From assembly GCA_963791045.1 (NCBI GenBank), contig CAWBQK010000013.1, forward strand, positions 52,694 through 116,693: 64,000 nt of DNA. The letters are read 5' to 3'. Source of the stretch: Candidatus Latescibacterota bacterium. Lineage in GTDB: Bacteria; Krumholzibacteriota; Krumholzibacteriia; WVZY01. A model generated the notes under the pieces. The model had not been told where the DNA came from and did not search any database. It saw only the letters and a list, made by a program, of their open reading frames with translations. The position numbers were made by a program, and so were the translations under genes. Shown here one piece after another: positions 56,756 to 64,000 of this stretch (position 1 is the first letter of the stretch; the number at the start of each line of letters is the position of its first letter).

Positions 56756-57733
56756 ATGCTTACATACACGCTTCGGCGTTTGGCATATTTGATCCCCACA
56801 CTCTTCGGCATTACCGTCGTTACTTTCGTCATTATATCCCTCGCGCCTGGGAACCCGGTTGAACTCATCCAGTCGGGGAAAATGAGCAGCGGGATATCTC
56901 TCGAAGCCTACAACGAGATGCTCCATCTCTACGGTCTCGACCAGCCCATTCACGTCCGCTATCTCGTTTGGCTCAAACGGCTCGCAACATTTGACTTCGG
57001 CAACTCCTTTCTCGATCACCGTCCGGTTATGGACAAAATCATCGAGCGGCTGCCCCCAACACTGATACTGAACCTGGTGTCGCTCGTAATCGCGTTGTTC
57101 CTGGCCATCCCGCTCGGACTCCACTCCGCGGTACGCCAGTTTTCGTTGTTTGACAAGCTTGGAGGCACCGTTCTCTACATGCTCTATTCGCTTCCCGAGT
57201 TCTGGGTGGCACTCGTTCTTATTATGGTATTTGGGGTCAAGCTGGGGCTCCTCCCGTTTATAGGGCTGGAATCAACCGGGGCGCGCGACCTCGGATTTTT
57301 CCCGCTTCTTTGGGATAGAGTCCTCCACCTGATCCTTCCGACAATATGTCTCGTTTACGGTTCACTGGCGTATCTGTCACGTTTTGTTCGGGGATCGACA
57401 CTCGAAATCATTCATCAGGATTACATAAGGACTGCGAGGGCCAAAGGGCTTGATGACACGACCGTCGTTTACAAACACGTATTCAAAAACACGTTGATAC
57501 CGGTATTGACGCTTCTTGGAATACTGCTGCCGACGTTGATCAGCGGCAGCGTGATCATCGAGTATATTTTCAGTTGGCCGGGAATCGGCCAGTTGTTCTT
57601 CGAGGCCGTCATGTCGCGCGATTACCCTACAGTAATGGGACTGAGTTTCATGACGGCCGTGCTCGTGCTCCTCAGCACGCTCGTTGCCGATTTGCTTTGC
57701 GCCTGGGTCGACCCACGGATAACCTATGACTAA
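56756..57733 (+). CDS. ABC peptide/nickel transporter permease (DppB/OppB-like)
   Basis: N-terminus MLTYTLRRLAYLIPTLFGITVVTFVI and EAA-loop region (IRTARAKGLDDTTVVYKHVFKN). Confidence 0.9.
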   Translation: MLTYTLRRLAYLIPTLFGITVVTFVIISLAPGNPVELIQSGKMSSGISLEAYNEMLHLYGLDQPIHVRYLVWLKRLATFDFGNSFLDHRPVMDKIIERLPPTLILNLVSLVIALFLAIPLGLHSAVRQFSLFDKLGGTVLYMLYSLPEFWVALVLIMVFGVKLGLLPFIGLESTGARDLGFFPLLWDRVLHLILPTICLVYGSLAYLSRFVRGSTLEIIHQDYIRTARAKGLDDTTVVYKHVFKNTLIPVLTLLGILLPTLISGSVIIEYIFSWPGIGQLFFEAVMSRDYPTVMGLSFMTAVLVLLSTLVADLLCAWVDPRITYD

Positions 57734-58769
57734 AAAACCGGCGCGCATAAAACACCCGCCGGGATACACTGGGTTTGTATGGCGGAACTTCAGACGGGAC
57801 AAGCTCGCCGTCGCGGCCCTCTTTGTAATCGCGATTATGTTCGTCGTGTCATACCTCGCACCCGTTCTGGCGAACAATAAACCGTTGTTCATGCGAATGG
57901 ACCAGAAAACCTACTTTCCCGCCGTGGCCGAACTCTTTCCATTCAACCTTTTTATCAACTACCCCGAGCTGCGCGCGATTGATTTCTCAGTCCTGAGAGA
58001 CGACTCGTCGATTAACGGCATGATGCCGGTCGTCCCCTTCTCTCCGTTTGAGACGAGCCTTGCGGAAATTGTCGACCCCCCGAGCCTGCGCCACTGGATG
58101 GGGACGGACGATCTCGGACGCGATGTATGCAGCAGAATGATCCACGGCGCGGGAGTATCGCTCAAAGTGGGGTTTGTCGCCGTAGGAATCGCACTGATCA
58201 TCGGTGTTCTTTTTGGTTCGATCGCGGGGTACTACGGTGGATGGATTGATGTTGTAATCTCCCGCTTTATCGAAGTGGTGATGTGCTTTCCATTCTTCTT
58301 TCTCATTCTGGCCGTTATCGCGTTCTTACCACCGAGCATTTACAACGTGATGATCGTGATCGGCATAACGCGCTGGACAAGCATCGCCCGTTACGCCCGC
58401 GCGGAGTTTCTCAAGATAAAGGAACAGGAATACACACACGCGGCACGTGCGCTCGGTGCAAGCGACAGAAAGATCATCTTCCGGCACATCCTTCCCAATT
58501 CGATCGCGCCGGTTCTGGTCACGGCAACATTTGGGATAGCGAACGCAATTCTCATCGAGGCAGCATTGAGTTTTCTCGGGCTGGGTATTCAACCGCCGTT
58601 TGCAAGCTGGGGGGGGATTCTCTCCACGGCGAGGGAGTTCATCGATGTGGCATGGTGGCTGGCCGTATTTCCGGGTCTCGCCATATTCCTGACGGTGACC
58701 GCTTACAATCTCGTCGGCGAGGGCCTCCGCGACGCAACCGATCCACGGCTCGCACTTCCCGAAAAATAG
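57726..58769 (+). CDS. ABC peptide/nickel transporter permease (DppC/OppC-like)
   Basis: OppC-type N-terminal extension plus TMD (...THAARALGASDRKIIFRHILPN). Confidence 0.9.
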   Translation: MTKKPARIKHPPGYTGFVWRNFRRDKLAVAALFVIAIMFVVSYLAPVLANNKPLFMRMDQKTYFPAVAELFPFNLFINYPELRAIDFSVLRDDSSINGMMPVVPFSPFETSLAEIVDPPSLRHWMGTDDLGRDVCSRMIHGAGVSLKVGFVAVGIALIIGVLFGSIAGYYGGWIDVVISRFIEVVMCFPFFFLILAVIAFLPPSIYNVMIVIGITRWTSIARYARAEFLKIKEQEYTHAARALGASDRKIIFRHILPNSIAPVLVTATFGIANAILIEAALSFLGLGIQPPFASWGGILSTAREFIDVAWWLAVFPGLAIFLTVTAYNLVGEGLRDATDPRLALPEK

Positions 58770-58836
58770 TCTCGGCATGCCCGCCGCACATACCAAACAG
58801 ACCTCCCACAGGCAGAAAAAGCCGCAACGCGCGATT

Positions 58837-59662
58837 TCACACTTCGTCATCCGCCTGACATACCGGGCAGAAGTGTGTGCCGCGCCCACCAAGAACGATT
58901 TTCTCAATTGGCGTACCGCACTCAAGACACGGCTGTCTTTCTCTTCCGTACACCGCGTGACGCTGTTGAAATCCGCCCGCCGTACCGTCGTGACGCCTGT
59001 AGTCGCGAATTGTCGACCCGCCCTCGGCAATCGCACGTTTGAGAATGCGCCCTCGCCGATGCAAGTATCTCCCTCGTATTCGCGGCGGCGCGGGTTCCGG
59101 GCATCCGCGGATTCACACCAGCGTCGAAGAGGAGCTCATCGATGTAGATGTTTCCAAGCCCCGAGACGATACGCTGGATGAGAAGCAGTGATTTTACCGG
59201 CGCGCTTCGCCCTTCAAAGACGCCACGGAGGTATGCTGTGCGCACCGCAAACGCATCGGGGCCGATGTTGAGATCCTCGAGGAAATCGCACCCGTCTGCG
59301 ACATAAACGTACCCGAACCGCCGCGGGTCGTAGAACCTGAGCTCGCCCCCGCCATCAAGGACAAAACGGCCATGAAGGTGTTTGCCGCGTCGGCGGATTT
59401 CGTCATCCCCCCGTTCGCACAAGATCAACCGGCCGGTCATTCCCAGATTAACCGTCATCAAGGCCCTGGGTCCAAAACGGAACACGGCGTTTTTGCCCAC
59501 CCGTTCGACCCGTGTGACCACCCGATCGTTTAGCCAACCCACATGGAGGCTCCCCCGCCGGTACATCGTGGCGGGCGATAACCGCCCCTTTAAGATACGG
59601 CGCCCACGGAGGGGCCGGTCGAGCCCCCGGACGATGGTCTCAACCTCTGGAAGTTCCGGCAT
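58837..59662 (-). CDS. mutM: formamidopyrimidine-DNA glycosylase (apparent single-nt frameshift near 59070-59110)
   Basis: N-terminus MPELPEVETI. H2TH region in ORF 58922..59662. C-terminal zinc finger (CLECGTPIEKIVLGGRGTHFCPVCQ) in overlapping ORF 58837..59064 in another frame. Confidence 0.8.
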
Positions 59663-59868
59663 ATCATTGTCCTTACGGTAATTCGGCCGTTTCTCATACC
59701 CCCGGGCAAAACCGGTTTCGCCACTCTCGGAGATTGGTTATACTCTCATATAATCGAAGTCGGGCGGAGAAACAAGAGGGACCCCTCGCAGCAGGGGTCT
59801 TTCGCATCGGTGGACGCCGACGACGCACAAGGCCGACGTTTTCAAGTTGTTCGGAGAGGACATCACGC

Positions 59869-61641
59869 GTGCCGCAATCCTTCAAAAACAGAATCCTGAA
59901 CACCGTCCTTCCGCGAGTCCAGACCCCCGGTCAATATATCGGCAGCGAGAGGAACCAGGTAGTCAAGGATCCCTCGTCGGTAGACCTAAAGGTCGCGCTC
60001 TCGTTTCCCGACACATACACCGTCGGGATGTCGCATCTCGGGTTACAGATTCTCTACACCATGCTCAACGGCCGCAATGACGTTCTTGCCGAGCGTGTCT
60101 TCTCTCCCTGGATCGACATGGAAGCGGAGCTACGGAAACGTGAACTTCCACTTTACACACTCGAGTCCTTCACACCGATCGGCGAATTCGACATGATCGG
60201 ATTCTCGATGCAGTACGAACTCTGTTATACAAACTTTCTCAATATTCTCGAACTCGGCGGCATCCCGCAGGAGACGGCAAACCGGTCCGCCGGAGACCCG
60301 GTAATCCTGGGCGGCGGCTCGATAAGCTCCGCGATGGAGCCGGTTGCGCCATTCTTTGACGCCGTTCTCGTGGGAGACGCCGAAGACGTTCTCGACGAAA
60401 TTGTCGATCGTGTCATCGATTGGAAAAAGAGCCGACAGGAACGACGGGGCCTCCACGAGTCGCTTGCGCGGGTGCCCGGTGTGTACGTTCCGTCTCTTTA
60501 CACCGTTGATTACAACCCCGACGGAACGATCAAGAGCATCGAAAACGACGCGCATGCCCCGAGGTGGATTTCAAAAACGACGGTGTCCGATTTTGAAAAC
60601 GCGCCCTATCCTACGCGCCCTATCGTCCCGAACGTTTCTACAATCCACGAACGCATAAATGTTGAAATCATGAGGGGCTGCCCGAATCAGTGCCGTTTTT
60701 GCCAGGCGGTCAAACATTACAGACCGTTGAAGCGACGATCCATAGAGAAGATCGTCGAGATATGCGAGGAGACGTTCCGGAACACGGGTTATGAGGAGAT
60801 TTCACTGACAAGCCTGTCGGCGGCGGATTATCCCGGGATACAGGAACTGATTCCCTCGATAGCCAGCCGGTTCAACGAGAGGCGGGTCAACGTCTGTCTG
60901 CCGTCGCTACGAGTCAAGGGTGAGCTCGAACACCTGCCCGGGCTGGTGAGCACCGTGCGAAAATCCGGGCTCACAATGGCGCCGGAGGTGGCGACCAACC
61001 GGCTCAGATCGATGATCCGCAAGCCGATCCTCAACGAGGATTTACTCAACGGTTGTGCCGCCGCATGGAAAGCGGGCTATCAGCTTATCAAGTTTTATTT
61101 CATGATCGGCATCCCTACAGAGACCGAGGAAGATCTCAAAGCGATCGTCGATCTTTCCGACGAGGCGAGCTGGACAAGAAAAAAGACCGGAGGCAGGCGA
61201 AAGGGCAAGATCAATGTCTCCGTGTCATCGCACGTCCCCAAACCACACACGCCGTTTCAGTGGGAGGCAATGGACGCTCGCGACCAACTGAGATCGAAAC
61301 AATCATTAATTCGATCCTACAACCGATCGTCTTTTCTCAATCTCAAGTTTCACAACGTCGATGAAAGCTATCTCGAGGCGGTTTTCTCGCGGGGCGACCG
61401 ACGGTTGTCCCACGCCCTTCTTAGAGCCCGCGAGCGGGGGCTGCGGATGGATGCGTGGTCGGAATGTTTCAATTTGCAGGCGTGGCAAGAGGTGTTCGAA
61501 GACGCTCGTGTCGATCCGGATTTCTACGCGCTTCGGGCGCGCGGCACGGAAGAGATTCTCCCGTGGGATGTCATCACCGTCGGCAGCCCGACCCACTATC
61601 TTATGAAGGAGCGCGATCGCGCGCATGAGTCGGCAGGTTGA
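59869..61641 (+). CDS. radical SAM protein with N-terminal B12-binding-like domain and C-terminal DUF2344-like extension (TIGR03960/TIGR03936-type fusion)
   Basis: GTG start with GGAGAGGA RBS. CPNQCRFCQ radical-SAM cysteine triad. Conserved ...HVPKPHTPFQWE... C-domain. Confidence 0.85.
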   Translation: MPQSFKNRILNTVLPRVQTPGQYIGSERNQVVKDPSSVDLKVALSFPDTYTVGMSHLGLQILYTMLNGRNDVLAERVFSPWIDMEAELRKRELPLYTLESFTPIGEFDMIGFSMQYELCYTNFLNILELGGIPQETANRSAGDPVILGGGSISSAMEPVAPFFDAVLVGDAEDVLDEIVDRVIDWKKSRQERRGLHESLARVPGVYVPSLYTVDYNPDGTIKSIENDAHAPRWISKTTVSDFENAPYPTRPIVPNVSTIHERINVEIMRGCPNQCRFCQAVKHYRPLKRRSIEKIVEICEETFRNTGYEEISLTSLSAADYPGIQELIPSIASRFNERRVNVCLPSLRVKGELEHLPGLVSTVRKSGLTMAPEVATNRLRSMIRKPILNEDLLNGCAAAWKAGYQLIKFYFMIGIPTETEEDLKAIVDLSDEASWTRKKTGGRRKGKINVSVSSHVPKPHTPFQWEAMDARDQLRSKQSLIRSYNRSSFLNLKFHNVDESYLEAVFSRGDRRLSHALLRARERGLRMDAWSECFNLQAWQEVFEDARVDPDFYALRARGTEEILPWDVITVGSPTHYLMKERDRAHESAG

Positions 61642-61706
61642 CGTTGAAAGCAACTCCGGGTACAATCGTTTCGCCGAACGGCGTTTCTGGATCCACGCTG
61701 TGGGGC

Positions 61707-64000
61707 AATGAACCGAAAGAGGTGTGGACGCTTGGAATCTTATGAAAAACTCGGCGCCTTCTATCTCGGCAGGTCATCCGACCCCACCGGGGACTCCCTC
61801 GGGGACGATCTCGTTCTCTACGACTCGCGCGACCTCTTGACCCACGCGTTTTGTGTCGGAATGACGGGAAGCGGCAAGACGGGCCTGTGCATAGGACTTC
61901 TCGAAGAAGCGGCGATCGATGGTATCCCCGCGATCGTCATCGACCCAAAAGGTGACCTGGCGAATCTACTCCTCACGTTTCCCGACCTGGCGCCCAAAGA
62001 TTTCCGGCCATGGATCAACGATGCCGCCGCCAGCCGTAAAGAAATGACTCCCGACGCTTACGCCGCGGCGCAGGCCGAACTGTGGCGGACGGGTCTCGAC
62101 AGTTGGAATCAATCGGGGGACAGGATTCGCAGGCTCAAAGAGGCGGCCGACTTCCGAATTTACACGCCGGGCAGCGAAGCGGGCTTCCCCGTTTCGATCC
62201 TCTCATCGTTTGGCGCCCCCCCCAAAGAAATCCTTGGGGACTCCGATCTTCTGAACGAACGCATTAGCTCAACGGCAACAAGCCTTCTGACACTCATCGG
62301 ATTCGACGCCGACACGTTGACGAGCCGCGAACACATTCTGCTTTCAAAAATCTTTGAACACGCATGGAAAGAACGAACGGATCTTGATCTAACGAGTTTG
62401 ATCCGGGGCGTCCAGGTGCCCCCGGTGTCTCGGATCGGTGTCCTTGAACTCGAAACGTTCTTCCCGGCAAAAGAACGCTTCGAACTGGCGATGGCTCTGA
62501 ATAACCTGCTCGCCTCCCCCGGTTTCGAGACATGGCTATCCGGCGAACCGCTTGACATCGATCGCATTCTGTACACGCCGAAGGGCAAGCCGCGTATTGC
62601 GATTTTCTCGATCGCGCATCTTCCCGAAACTGAGAGAATGTTTTTTGTCTCGCTCCTTCTCAACCAGGTTCTTGGTTGGGTAAGAACCCGTCCGGGGTCG
62701 ACGAGTCTTCGCGCGATGATCTACATGGATGAGATATTCGGGTACATTCCGCCCGTAGCCGAACCTCCGTCGAAGAGACCGTTGCTCACACTGCTCAAAC
62801 AGGCAAGAGCGTACGGGGTTGGAGTCGTACTCGCCACGCAGAACCCGGTGGATATCGATTACCGCGCGCTTTCGAACATCGGAACGTGGTTTGTCGGCAG
62901 GCTTCAAACCGACCGTGATCGCGACCGCGTCCTCGATGGAATCGCCGGTTCCGCCGCGGGATCCACAACGGGTTTTGACAAGAAGTCGCTGGGCGAAATC
63001 ATCCGCGGACTCGGCAAACGTGTTTTTCTCATGCATAATATTCACGAAACCCAACCTGCCGTTCTGTACACACGCTGGGCGATGTCCTACCTTAGTGGTC
63101 CATTGACGAGAACTCAGATCAAAGAGTTGATGGACCCGATCAAGGCCGGCCGCGCGGAAGCACATCATACGAGCACGACCGCCTCCGCAAAAAGACCGGG
63201 TGCGCCATCGCGCGTGTCACCAGCCGATACGCCCTCGACACGGCCCATGCTGCCCCCGGGTATTCCCGAGGGCTTCTTGCCGATCGACGCGGCTACCGGA
63301 ATCAAGGATGTCTTTTATAGTCCCGGTCTGCTCGGCATCGCGAATATCCGTTTTGTCCACGGTCGAAGCGGCCCGGAACACTCTGCGACAATTGGATTAT
63401 GGACACCCCTCGATCCGGATTCCAGGACGGTTGACTGGGAAAACGCGGATATCGTCGATATTGGCGTCGATGATATTGAAAATACCCCCCTTGCCAATGC
63501 GCAATACGGGGCACTCCCGCCCAAAGCGTCCAATATGAGGAGCTTTGCCGGCTGGAGAAGAAGACTCATCACCACCCTGTATCAAACCCAGCGGTACGAG
63601 CTTTTGAAGAGCTCGAGGTTCAAAACAATTTCGAACCCAGGTGAGAGCGAGCGTGACTTTCGCATCCGGCTGGGCGATGTCGCCCGTGAAGATCGTGATT
63701 TCGCCGTGGAGCAATTGAGGAAAAAGTATACGAGCAAGGTGAGAACGATCGAAGATCGGATTCGACGCGCCGACCTGGTGGTCGATCGTGAAAAAGAACA
63801 GGCAAAACACCAGAAACTGCAGACGGCCATCTCATTCGGGGCGACTATGCTTTCCGCTTTTCTCGGGCGCAAGAAGTTCGGTCGATCGACGGTGGGACGG
63901 GCGACCACCGCCGCACGGGGCGTGGGAAGGTCGGCCAAAGAAGCTCAGGATATCGAACGCGCCCAAACACGTCTCGACTCGTTGCGAAAACAACTCGCGA
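61707..64000 (+). CDS. HerA/FtsK-superfamily (DUF87-type) P-loop ATPase, 3' end beyond window
   Basis: Open frame from ATG 61707 to the window end. N-terminal YEKLGAFYLG motif. Walker A GMTGSGKTGL. Walker-B/sensor region VLATQNPVDIDYRALSNIGTWFVGRL. Absent from the ORF track because no stop falls within the window. Confidence 0.75.

Overview
The window is a high-GC bacterial chromosome segment (code 11; TGA, TAA and TAG all terminate confident genes). It probably comes from a T9SS-bearing FCB-superphylum or candidate-phylum lineage, because a T9SS C-terminal-sorting-domain cargo protein is present.

Content in order:
- Small genes at the start: a CARDB-like secreted protein, a DinB-like protein, a frameshifted DUF222/HNH endonuclease in a T-rich island, a Zn-ribbon protein, an MscS channel and a CBS protein.
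- A ~13 kb five-gene minus-strand operon (6.6-19.9 kb). It encodes three signal-peptide proteins of 164, 900 and 1343 aa that all end in an OmcB-like DUF11 module, an OmpA-domain protein and a ~1100-aa predicted beta-barrel. A sigma-54-type two-component system (HK plus NtrC-like regulator) is divergently encoded next to it. This is the most likely undescribed system, a candidate outer-membrane surface-fibre/adhesin assembly locus.
- An M1-peptidase/Omp85-barrel fusion.
- An envelope glycan cluster: DegT aminotransferase, GT-C, GT2, rmlD, AlkP-TPR, iPGM.
- A T9SS FG-GAP cargo protein.
- A complete F1Fo ATP synthase operon (atpZ/I-B-E-F-H-A-G-D-C).
- A decayed GAF-PAS histidine kinase.
- Two tandem TMTC-like GT-C+TPR glycosyltransferases.
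- RluA-family synthase, an M28 peptidase, a frameshifted ABC substrate-binding protein with intact permeases, mutM (frameshifted), a radical-SAM protein and a 3'-truncated HerA/FtsK-like ATPase.

Many single-nucleotide frameshifts occur, several in G/C homopolymers. Pseudogene calls therefore need caution.
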